A DNA stretch of 49,780 nucleotides from Paraglomus brasilianum (lineage: Eukaryota). Below the pieces are notes generated by a model. That model had not been told where the DNA came from, made no database searches, and was given only the letters and a program-made list of their open reading frames with translations. Of the stretch, positions 25,485 to 37,057 are shown piece after piece. The position numbers and the translations under genes were made by a program. Location of the stretch: NCBI GenBank assembly GCA_910592345.1, contig CAJVPI010000141.1, positions 1 through 49,780 of the forward strand, written 5' to 3'. Each line of letters starts with the position of its first letter. The first letter of the stretch is position 1.

Positions 25485-26923
25485 AAGATGATGAGTAGGA
25501 TCTCGTCCAACAGATGAGAGAAAGGCTCTGGTTGAGGTTTGCATCATGTTTCTTAGTATAATATCAGGTAAGTAATCTGTAGTGCTGATTGCGACCATTA
25601 TCGGCTTTCATAATTCTGATTATTGTGTCACCATGTGCTAGTCGCGTGTAGATTGGCACATTATAATCACTTAACTTGAATGCAAATAAATATCCTCAAG
25701 AACAGAAGCTATAAGCTTTACGTTCCGGATGAAGGCTTTTTAGTCTAGACAGAGCTTTACGTTGTTACGTTCCTCGTGTCTATAAGCAGATGGCGGAAAC
25801 AGGATAATCACCGTTATATTTGCCGTTACCATCGATGTTGTATCTAGCAGACAGACTGATTTAGTGTGTTTACAACGAGCACTATTTATTCATTTAATTT
25901 TTTGAAACCTATGGTTTTAGTTAGAGCGAACTTTCAAAGTTTGTTCTGTTATGTGCATTATTAATTATGTATCACAGTTACTAGTCAATATCGTATAGGA
26001 ATGTTTCTTGCCATGTAGCCACTAAATAAAGGAAACGTGAATCTTGAACCACGAATTAAAATAGGCACGAGTGTTTAGTAGATCATCAGCCAATGTCATT
26101 GAGCTTACTTGATTTAGATTTCTTATCCATGCGCTTTCTCTTTATGTCTGTAATTTACAATGGCGAAAAACCGTCGATCATATATCAAGTTGCTAGCCAT
26201 TTTGTAGCTAGCAAGAGCAGTTGGTCCGAACTATAACAAGAGTCGCAAACGCGTCGCGAGTAGGCATATTCAGGATCAACTTTAGCAAATTAAAGTCTGA
26301 ATGATGAACATGCTTTTCTGAACTAGAAGAATTCAACAAGAGATGACTCGTCAAGTATATTATTTCTCTGTTGGTTAGATATTCGACATATATACACGTC
26401 CTCCGACAATGTAAAGGGGTAAATGTGCTTACTACACATTGTAAGTCATTCGAAAAAAGCACGCGGTTATTAGTATAACAAAAAAAATGTAGCTTGCTTT
26501 GACGCTATATGAATGCGTGTTGGAATGGTTCAGGGGAATAACCAATTATGATCATTAAAAACGGTTCTGAATGACAGTAAATCGTTACTCAACGTGAATT
26601 CATTATTCTAAAAATCGTAATCAAAATAAATACATTTAACGCATCGGACAGACTGTAAATTCAGCCATACCGACCTTGGAAATCGAAATGAATAATTTGA
26701 TCATTAATATATAAATTCTAACCAATCTTTTTTTAGATAAAGTTACCATCCATATAAATATTTTACAAAAATGTGAATGGATAGCCTTATCTTGATAAGC
26801 AACAATTTTCTGAACAGATTGTGATAATCTCTAAATTTTACCATAATTGTCTACAAATGGCCCCGAGACGACCAGAATAGATTCACTGCAATTAAGATTA
26901 TTCTTCATAATTTCTAACATCGT

Positions 26924-28562
26924 TCAATGACTGGCCTTTAACATTGTCCGACAATATGTATCTACTATCTCTCCACCCTTTTCTGCCCTACTTATTATGT
27001 CCATAGACCCATTTCCCTGTGTAGGATATGAACCCTCTAAATCAAAGGTAACCAACCGTTCTTTCTCTCTCTCCTTTTCTTTTTGTTTATTGTTGTTGGC
27101 TTCACCATCGGCAAAAACCACGGCACTTGCACCACTATCATCTGGATCATCTAAACCCGCATTACAACTGCCCGACCCTGTCGTTGTACCGTCATCAGCC
27201 CCACTTCCCGACATAGTGTCTACATTAGTACCAACGTCTATTCCTCCTCCCAAGACAACATCTACCTCTTCAGGAATGCTTAATGTATCTTTCACGCTCG
27301 GATATCGAAATGCTACCAATTCTTGTTCATGATCCTTAATAGTTAATGGACTCCAGCTCTTTTCTTTACGATGCCCTAGTTCGATTTTGAGATCTTTCTT
27401 TGAATTGTTCAATACTCCAGCTCGTTTTAATAATGACGATCCTGAATTTTCGTGTATAACTATTCTATTCCTAGGATTAGATGCAAGTGCGCTTGTGCTG
27501 TTGTATCCATTCGTATCGCCAATATCCGGATATCGACCTGTTATGGACGGTGACAAGGGAGCTGGCGTGAATTGTGTTGCCGAAAGAGTGTCCGAGTGTA
27601 TGAAGTTACTAGGCGATTGAGGCGGAGATTGTAAAACAGAAGAGTACGGACTATGGATAGATGAACGGGGGCTTATTTGTGTTAGTGTGCCAGTCTGCAT
27701 AGTATCGGCGCTATCTGTTCTCTGATGTGTAGGCTTGTCATTAGCGATCATGTATTTGGCGGAAACTGGGAATGGTATAGATGCTCGTGAACGAATGGTT
27801 AATTGTGAAGGTGACGGTGGTATAGAAGGTTCTACTCGTAGCGATGGGATATCTTTATCTATGGATGACGGAGATGATGGTTCCTCGTCTTTGTCTTGGC
27901 GATTGTTGAATTTATTGACTATCTTTTGTGTAGTCTTCTTAAGTATTATTTTTAATTTTTGACTTCGTTTAAGGTTCTTTGACATTGTATCCAGTAACGA
28001 TGGTATAGCGTCAATTGACTGTAACGGTGGGATTTCCACCTGATTGTCGATTATTGAATAATCTGATTCACTGTCTTCAGTATTATGTCGAAATTTAGAT
28101 TTCAGTTCTGGCGGTATTGTAATGACTTCTGGAATTACATCTGGTGTATCTGCTGGTAGTGCATTTTCGAATCTTGTCCGTTCTTCTTCAGTCTCTCTCC
28201 TTAATTGAGCTTCAAGAGCTATTAGTTGTCGTTGCAAGTCCACATAACTCAGTACTAATTGTGATTTTGACTCTCTTGAAGGGGGGTTCTATAAGAAAAA
28301 AAAAAGTGGATTTTGTAAATGAATTAAAATGATGTTGTATAGTCAAATTTAGTTTTATAAATAAATATACGTTTAAACGAATAAATATACGAATTGCGAA
28401 AAGGAGATTGATTGTATAGACACTATAACAGAATAGTGATAATACCATGCTAGTATGCGATTTCAAGTTTTCTTCGGTGAGCGGGTCCTTGTCATCTGTT
28501 CCATTCTTCGCTGGACGAGCTGCAGTAGCAGAATGCAAAAGTGTACTCGTCTGTTCAGGCAT
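26924..28562 (-). CDS. Uncharacterised Ser/Pro-rich, largely disordered protein, 2 exons
   Basis: Exon 1 28562-28446 and a GT-AG intron join in frame to exon 2 28288-26924 (contains the 439-aa ORF). Short coiled coil near the N-terminus. Confidence 0.8.
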
Positions 28563-28885
28563 CTCTTCAATCTCAAACGGCAAAGTTCTCGTGTGAATTA
28601 TTATTAAGGTAGTAAAAGAAAGTATTCAAAGGCAACAACAGAGCATGAAACCGTTTAAAGCCTTAATATTCCCAAAGCAGGGGTCTTCTTGAAAGCTTTA
28701 AAGGGTTAATGCCACCCAGAATGTTCGTAAATAATTTATGGTGGAGGGGGTGGGACGATGGTCGAAATGCAAAGTTTTGTTGCGTTACTATACACAATTT
28801 TAAAAAAGGGGGTTAGTTCGTGAGAATGACTTCCTTGTGACCACCGAAATTTGGATTCTCCCAGATCACCATCCAAACAACGACC

Positions 28886-30203
28886 ATGGATTGTATTCCA
28901 CTCGATGCATCGAAGGTTTAGAATGCACCATCAATGCAGTTTACTAATATTAATCTGCGAGTAATTCACATCTTTTTGTATCATACAGGAAATCCCCCAT
29001 AATAGATTGCAGATATCCAAAATAAGCTTTGGCGCTGGCGTATTTAGTGGTAGATACAATTCACTTGAAGAAGATTGGCCGCTGGAAGCGGTGCGAAGAG
29101 CTTTGGAGCTGGGTGTGTATCCCAAGACAGATGGTCATCTAATTGTGATACTTGTTAACATTATATATTTACATTTACAGGAATAAACTGCTTTGATACT
29201 AGTCCTTACTATGGCAACAGCGAATTAATACTTGGTGACGTTTTTGAAAAACTAAAGGATGAATATCCTCGTTCACGCTATTATTTATCCACTAAATGTG
29301 GCAGATATGGACACACGAAAAATGACTTTAATTATTCTCGGAAACGAGTCGAAGAGAGTGTTACAGAGAGCTGTCGTCGACTCAAGACGACATACTTGGA
29401 CATTGTGTTGGCTCATGATGTTGAGTTTGTGGGTATAGACGAGACAATCGAAGCTATCGAAAAGTTGTTCGAGCTAAAGGTAGAATTACAATATCAATGA
29501 AATATAAGAGTTGTATAAATATGCGTGTTCCTAACGAGCAAATTTTATCGTCGATTTTGAGCACAACTGATAGTAACTCGTATCTTTCTTGCTAGGCGGA
29601 AGGCATAATAAAACACGTAGGAATAAGTGGTAAGCTTCGTTTGCTTTATCGACATTCCTGTTTCTCATCCCCATCTTTCACCTTTCTTCGACAGGTTATC
29701 CACTAGACGTCCTATTACAGATTGCCGAAATACAATACGCCAAATCCCAGCCTCTAGACGTCATATTGTCGTACTCTCATTACACACTCCAGAACACCTT
29801 GTTCGCGGACTATATCGGTAGATTCCGTGCCCTCGGAGTAGAGACCCTAACCAATGCCTCTCCGCTGAGTATGGGTCTATTTCGCAGCTCTCCCCCTCCC
29901 AAATGGCATCCTGCTTCAACCGGGCTGCACAAAGCAGCGGCTGAATGTGCAGAAGTAGCCAAGCAACATAATTTGTCTATTGCCAAGCTCGCTCTACAGT
30001 TTGCATTTCAGTGGAAAGATGTTGATAGTACGATGGTCGGATTATCAAACAAAGAGGAAGTTGAGGATGCTATCGATGCATGGAACGAAGTGAAAGCACG
30101 AGAGAAGGGCGAGAAGACTATACCCGCCATCGAAGTCGATGTGCTAAACGAGATTAAAAGACTATTAGAACCCTATTACAATATCAGCTGGCCATCACCG
30201 TAG
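28886..30203 (+). CDS. ARA2: Aldo-keto reductase, D-arabinose 1-dehydrogenase (Ara2)/L-galactose dehydrogenase-like, 5 exons
   Basis: Spliced translation ISFGAG..GINCFDTSPYYGNSE..STKCGRYG..YLDIVLAHDVEF..GISGYPL..SYSHYTLQN..NASPLSMGL..WPSP. AKR catalytic D, Y, K, H are present. First exon is least certain. Confidence 0.88.
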
Positions 30204-32115
30204 GTTAGAACAATATCATATTGTCATACTAGTCGTGATCGGGCCAGTCGGCGATTTTAAACTTTGACCAATAAATAATTGCTTAGATTTAAAATTGAAT
30301 TCTTTAGAAGATTCGTGAAAAAACGCAATATTAAACCATGTGTCTTGGTTGATTACTTTAACTTTAATGTGCGCTTATATTTCATTTCATTACAAACGAT
30401 ACAATATGTGTCACATGCTATTGAACCGGCCAAATTTAAGCTATTGTCCTGTTAGTTGGCAGGACAAAACCTTGTATCATCAAAATTTGATGGGGTTGTT
30501 CGTAATATGTTCGCTACTTTGCCATAAACTGTTGTACTCAATGAAAAGTCTCACAAACGTCGGCTGAATGAAGTCTTTTATGGGGGCCCACAATTATGTA
30601 ATTTCATAAATAACAATATTGTTCACTTAATCGAACATTTGCATCGTGTAATAAATATTAAATCAGCTATTAACACAAACGATCACTTCTGATTGCATTT
30701 TTGGATATGCATAATCCACATGAGTCTAACCATTTTAGGGAGAAAAGCTTGTGGACTTTCCAGATTTGAAACAGCGGGGAACAGCAGTAAAACGTTCTGC
30801 ATAAGGCAACCTTAAACTATTACTTCAAGGTTGGGACTATATTATCGGAGATTGATAACGCATATCTTTCTTGGATATATAATTCTTTGTACCACGTTGG
30901 AGATTCCCTTGTTATTATGCTAAGTGTCTGAAAAGAAAATTTTTTATCATTTGTGATCATCTGCAATGCAGTTGCTTGTGACATCCAAACGATCGTTTCA
31001 TAATAATAATAATAGCTTGTTAGTATTTAGTCCAAGCGACGAGCACCCCATTTTTGAAAGCAGTTACCCTCACATATCCAAACGCTTCGCTATTGCAACT
31101 TGCCTAATTAAATGGCATGTTAAGCGTCTTGGTTATCTGACAATATCTCTTTTAATTGGCTTTTTTCTTCTTCTTTTTATAGCATCTTCGTTGCTTCTTT
31201 GTCAACTCCATTGTGTGTTTACTATGATTGGTTCAATATGTACGGAGTGTTTACTACTATTTATCTCAAAGCTAACCATATTTCTCCACTACAATAATGC
31301 CATCTTGACTATAATGATAAGTCAACATCACATGTCAAATTACCGCATTGAATTATCGAACTTTTAAGTTATTCGAAAACAAAGTTGGAAAACTCGAGCA
31401 ATGTTATATTTGTCAATCAAGTATTATTCTTTTTACCGATGTGGCTTCCAATCCACAAAAACGACTATCAACAAAGAAAAGGTGAGGAGAGAAGAACGTG
31501 ATGCAATATTATGCTTAGACGACCAGAATACTGATACTCATTGACGTGCTTTGGGTCAAACCAATAATGAAGACAACACAAATGTATTTATTTGATAGAC
31601 TAGAATACTCACGACGTGGTGACCATTTTACAATGCTGGCTATGCATACTTTCATTATGAAATAACCCTTGAACGTCCCAACTTACGCGAAGCCTCATAT
31701 TAGATGTCCTTTAATTAATTAGTTACATTAGTACAGATTATCCATACTAAGACGTTTGTCACGAGATTAAGCAGTGTTTGAGTGGCACTTAGTTTTAACG
31801 TTCGTGCTTTAAGCTTCGATGCCAATACTGAATTCATAATAAAATACCACGTTTATCATGTTCCCGTTACATATGCACATGATAGATCTTTATGCTTGAT
31901 TGCAAGGTGTGACTGGTATCGCTAAGAAAGGTTTGACAAAGTACAGTAAGATTCACTAACGTAGTCTCCCAATAAATTTGAGGACGCCTCTACTTTTAAA
32001 GATGATTTCGCCTGTCGAAAATAAAGGACATTCTTACAGGCAAACAGTAGTAAATTCTATATAAGACAGTAACGCGTCGAGAACACTTATTTCTACGCGG
32101 ACGGCAGTTAGTTTA

Positions 32116-32253
32116 AGGACCGTATTATTTCATCGACAATCATTTCACCGACAATTAATTACCAAAAAAGGATAACTTCGAAATAATGTTGGTGAATATT
32201 TGTCGGTGAAATGATTGTCGGTGAAATGATTGTCGATGAAATGATTGCCTCCC
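32116..32253. mobile_element. 138-bp foldback MITE with 9-bp target-site duplication (MULE-like)
   Basis: gttagttta at 32107-32115 and 32254-32262. Perfect 29-bp inverted match atttcatcgacaatcatttcaccgacaat built from 15-bp subrepeats. Confidence 0.85.
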
Positions 32254-32295
32254 GTTAGTTTATATAATCGTCCGTAGCGTAAATTTCCACGTATA

Positions 32296-32475
32296 CCGTA
32301 TCTTCTCGTGAATAAGCACCCTCTGATCGCTGCTATTAGCAACATAACCTACTACTATCCTCACCAATAGTTTATTACATAAGAACACGAGATTCTTAAA
32401 GTTGTGACGGTTTGCCGATCATTTCATATGGTCGAAGGGAAGGGGGTGCTTATTATTATTCACGAGAGGATACGG
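32296..32475. mobile_element. 180-bp MITE with CCGTA termini (Tc2/pogo-like)
   Basis: TA|ccgtatcttctcgtgaataagcaccc ... gggtgctta(ttatta)ttcacgagaggatacgg|TA. Confidence 0.85.
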
Positions 32476-33166
32476 TAAATGTATTATATAAATAATGGAT
32501 AGTTGAGCAATACAATGCATATGTGCACTGCCAATACTAGATAACAAGTACACCATCCTGCCAAAATACTCAAAATTTACTAGGAAAACATGTGAAAATC
32601 TTTTTTCAATAAATCTTTATTGCAATAATTTTTGCTAATTGGTTGTATTTTCAGGAAAATAACAATGCATTTAGTTCTGTTGTCGTTTTAAAGCTGCAGT
32701 TTGATGAGGTGGCAATATTTGTATTACACGACACGTATGAAATGTATGAAATCATAAATACTACCACTTCATCGAACCACTTTTTTCCTTTCCCGATGAG
32801 CGGATCTTTTATTTGCCTGAGGGTTTGTTCTCAGACTTCTTTTGTAGGTAAAGAGGGAATTGAAAGTTAACACCTAATTATAAGACGTCAGCAATGTAAC
32901 TGGGTAAAGTAATGTTAGAATATTATTTACCCCTAATGAAAATACTTTATCAAATTGTATTTTACTACCTGCGTTTCTTCAAAAGGATCATAGATATATA
33001 ACGTTTTGCGCGGCGTTCACAGCCGACAAACTGTTATTATGGACCAAATTTTACCCACTCTAACAATTTATTAAGCTTCCAACAGATTGGTAATGTTATT
33101 TTGTGTCTTGCCAATAATTTCTTTATAACGCTCATAAGCTTGTTTTTCGCAGAGGTTACACGTATA

Positions 33167-33664
33167 CGGTGCGCGAAAAATAACATTTTTATTAATTGTG
33201 CAACGGGAAATAATCAAGATATGTTCTTCATCGTACAACACACTGTCTTACTTATTGCTGCTCAATAGCTTATATTAAACCATTCCGTCCATTATTATAT
33301 TCAATCTTGACGGAGTGCTTTTTCCAATCTCTTCCCAAAAACCTTTATTTTAATATCATATACTTAGAAGGCTAAAAGTTAGTTAATGTAGAGTGTAGGC
33401 ATCTTGAGTACCATTTTGCCCACAGAGTGGCTATGATCTTGCGATCAAAACCTTGTTGTATTTTTAATAACAAAAAAAAGTGTAAACAAACAAAACAAAT
33501 GACACAAGTTACAAAGTTACTGTGTATGACCGAGTTTTTTTGTCGGCGCCACATGCGTAAGAATAAAACAAACAAAACTATTAGTTTACTTTTTTGATTA
33601 GACGCGCATTTTGGAAGAAAATAAAGTTTATGCATTTTATTCCAAAAACTTTTTTCGCGCACTG
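33167..33664 (-). mobile_element. Internally deleted Tc1-like element, 498 bp
   Basis: TA|cggtgcgcgaaaaa ... tttttcgcgcactg|TA. Minus-strand remnants RKIIATLW..GTQDAYTLH and WEEIGKSTPSRLNII resemble Tc1 N- and C-termini. Confidence 0.75.
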
Positions 33665-35310
33665 TAAATGCTAATTATGACAATATAGTTAATGAGTTCC
33701 TCATTCAAAGGTGGGAGACTTCTGAAAGCAATATTATGATAGCAAATGACTGAAAATGAGTATCCAATTTAGATATTATGGCCTGAGATGTTCTGGCCTT
33801 TTTAAGGTTGGTAAAAGGACAAAGTTTTTGAACCTCTTGGTTTGCGAAAGGAAGATCGAATGACAATTATGTGACTGCTGCTGATTAAATAGTCATGTGG
33901 AATGGGACACTTTGATTGTAAAAAAGGTTTATACAGAAATTGAAAACTTGAAACTCTTGCGTTCGCAAATTTCGGAAGAATATTGGTTTGAATATTAGGT
34001 TCTTAGGCAATATCATTTTGTTTTACAATAGCTCATTCTTGTGTGTAATTAACTTTAAGAAGATTGCTTTTCACAAAGGAAATGAGGGTTTCACCATCGC
34101 ATCGCGAGCTTATTATTTGGTAGATTATCATGTATTAGATAGAAGAAATTATTGATGATACCGTCTTTTGTTGTTGTATATCGTTATAAATCATGTGACG
34201 CGCACGACTTGATTTATGTTATTCTCGTATGTTTAATGATAAAAATCTGTGATGGTATCAATAATTTACACCAGGTGGTAAAAGGCCTTAGCAACTGTGA
34301 TAGTGATCACAATTAGTAAAGCGACTCTAACGGGGGGTTTTTTACTATTGAAAAATTCCCGGAGATGCATGCTACAATCCGGATGACAAACAAAAAGGTT
34401 TGTTTGGCATTGCGTAACATCGTAATATGCATATTCGTAGATCATCGTCATCTGACACCAAACGAGACGCTAAAATATATTGGGTTGAATTACTCATTTT
34501 CACATAGCTGATTTTTCAGCAGTTAATTGACTTAACCTACCATTTGTGTACATATAAGATATTATCTACTAATAATAAGCAAATTGATAGCAATTGTAAT
34601 TGAACGCCAAGTCATCCGGACTAATGATATGTTGAGCAAAGTTTTATCTGCGTCTCGTGCCCTGTATCACAAACAGAGGGATGATCTCTATAATTGGTTT
34701 AACTATGCGAAGAATCATAATCCTTGAATAGAAAGATTCTTAATGACCAATCAAAGGCTTAAACCCAAAATAACCATTGTACATATTTGTCTTGATTAAA
34801 AAAATTTGTCGATGATTATATACAATTATTACAACATTTTTCCTCTTTGTTATGACTTTTATTATAATACCTTCCTATGCAATGCATCCCAACTAAAAGA
34901 TTTAAGTTCGTATTGTGTTCGTGTTTCTTTGTTTAATTGTTATTGCTACGATGAGTCAGACAATTAAACTGTGTTACCGTCTAAAAATGAAGCTGCAAAT
35001 TGGTTGTATTGCAAATCAATACGTTGGTAAAAGAGTCGTCATTGTTTTTTCAATTATTAGTCCAACTTTGGTATTTTGCTACGAGTCTTGCGCTTTCCAT
35101 TTGTAGCGTTTAGCGGATTATAAGGAATACTATTCTAAGAAATAAGTATCGCTATTGGCTTAGTCATACGTCAATGGAAAAAGGGTTGCTTGAAATTCAA
35201 TAAAGATAAAAAGCGTCAATTTTGTTATAAAAACGCAAACGGCCTGTCTTTACATTCAATTATTGCTTCTCCTCTTGGATAGTAATAGTTTTTATTACGC
35301 TGAATATATT

Positions 35311-37057
35311 ATGATTAGCATGAACCGCGTTGATTTAATCGCAGAAATTAACCGGATCGGATGGTCAACACCGTTCGCCCGTCATTTAATAATCACTTGT
35401 GGCATGATCTTCTTTACCGCAGGCTATGTTGTGAGTTCTGGGAACCTCCTCCCCCTCGCACTACCAACAGTCTACAGCAGCGCTAATTATAAAAATGCCG
35501 AGGCCGCTAAGATATCTCTTTGTGTGGGCATGCTCATCGGACAATTGGTCTTTGGGGTGATTGGAGATTTATACGGAAGACGAAGAGTAAGTATGTTGCA
35601 CCATAGCCAAAAGAAACGTTTCAATTCATCCCAACCCTAACATGTATTGTAACACAGGCATGCAACTTAACCTTAATGCTCATATTGGCCGGCACGTTGT
35701 CGAGTTGTGTTTTGGGGGATGGCCCTGGTTTGCGGATCACCACTAGTTTGGTAATAATTCGAGGCCTTCTGGGTATCGGCATTGGTGGGACATATCCCAC
35801 AGCTATACGTATGTATAGGCTGTTTGCACAGTTTACTGTTGACTTCACTACATTTCTGTCAGTCGCCCTTTTCAGTAGCTCATTTCAACCCCATTGTTCT
35901 ATCTTGTATTTCAGTTACGGTTTCAGAGTTCGCTCCGACCGATCAAAGGCCAACAAGGCTGGCCACTATTTTCCTGGCATATATATGCGGTTCTTTCACC
36001 GCGCTTTCAATATCTGCTGCGGCCCTGGCCGGATCAAATCAAATTGATAGCATATGGCGCCTCGTTATTGGCCTTGGTCTTGTTCCCGGAATTACGGCTC
36101 TTGGACTTTGTCGACTGCGGCGAATTCCAGAAACTCCATATTATAAGGCGGACGTCGAACGCGATTTCGTTGCAGCCAACGAGATCGTTGATTACGCTCT
36201 AGAAAAAAGAAAGCACCTGAATAGACGCGACCCAGTACGATACAACGGGGGAATACTATTATGGAGTAGGGGGCTTTTCCGCTACATGCGCAAAGATTTC
36301 CGGACATATGTTGCGATATGTGGCGCTTGGTTTATTGTAGATGCGGCCGCATATGGCTATCGTTCGGATATCCGGCTGAGGGATATCAACCTCAACCAGA
36401 ATGTTGGGGAACAGGATATTCACAGCTTGTTAATGCAAGTTAGCACTAGTAGTGTTATTCGTGTGTCCCTTGGTTCTATATTAGGGGCCTCGGCGACTCT
36501 CATCTACTTCATATACTATTCATCGCGCAAAGCGATAATGTATTTTGGATTTGTTGCATCGGCCAGTCTGTTTGTCGTTTTCGGATTCTTCTCGGGCCAG
36601 GTGGGGAACATCCCCTATTTAACTATCTCTACGATGGTGATGGTAAGTACTAATATCTACTAAAACTTAGTATTCCTTGACAACTATAATAAGAGTTAAC
36701 ATTGTCATGTCTTAATTTTACTAGTTTGTCCAGAATTTTGGGCCTAATGCGCTAACATTTATTGTCGCTGCGGAACTGTGGCCCACACAATACCGTTCAA
36801 CTTCCTACGGGATTGCGGCTGCGAGTGGTAGATTAGGGACCATTACCACATACACCATCTTTACATGGTTTTCTGTGGATGGCGACAAGACTTTAATAGG
36901 GCCTCTTAGTCTTGCTATCCTTATGATGTTTGGCCTCGGTTTTACGTGGCTTTTGCCTGAATATAAACCTGTGTTAGAAGTAGAAGAGGAGGCAGAAGTA
37001 GAACCTGTGTTAGAAGTAGAGGAGGAGGCAAATGTGGTGCATGGACAGGTTGTGTAA
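35311..37057 (+). CDS. MFS transporter of the phosphate:H+ symporter (PHO84/PHT1) family, divergent, 4 exons
   Basis: Exons 35311-35586, 35658-35808, 35915-36642, 36725-37057 splice in frame. Motifs [84 protein letters not shown]. Start could be 35320. Confidence 0.9.
36968..37030 (+). repeat. Coding duplication with 36-bp period (PVLEVEEEA x2) in the transporter C-tail
   Basis: cctgtgttagaagtaga(a/g)gaggaggca at 36968 and 37004. Confidence 0.9.

Noticed and set aside
26997..27962. Plus-strand ORFs antisense to the 439-aa frame
   Set aside because: Antisense shadows of a Ser/Pro-rich coding region.
30340..31367. ORFs 30340-30567 and 30966-31367, and faint Tc1-like traces
   Set aside because: No convincing motifs, splice structure or TIRs.
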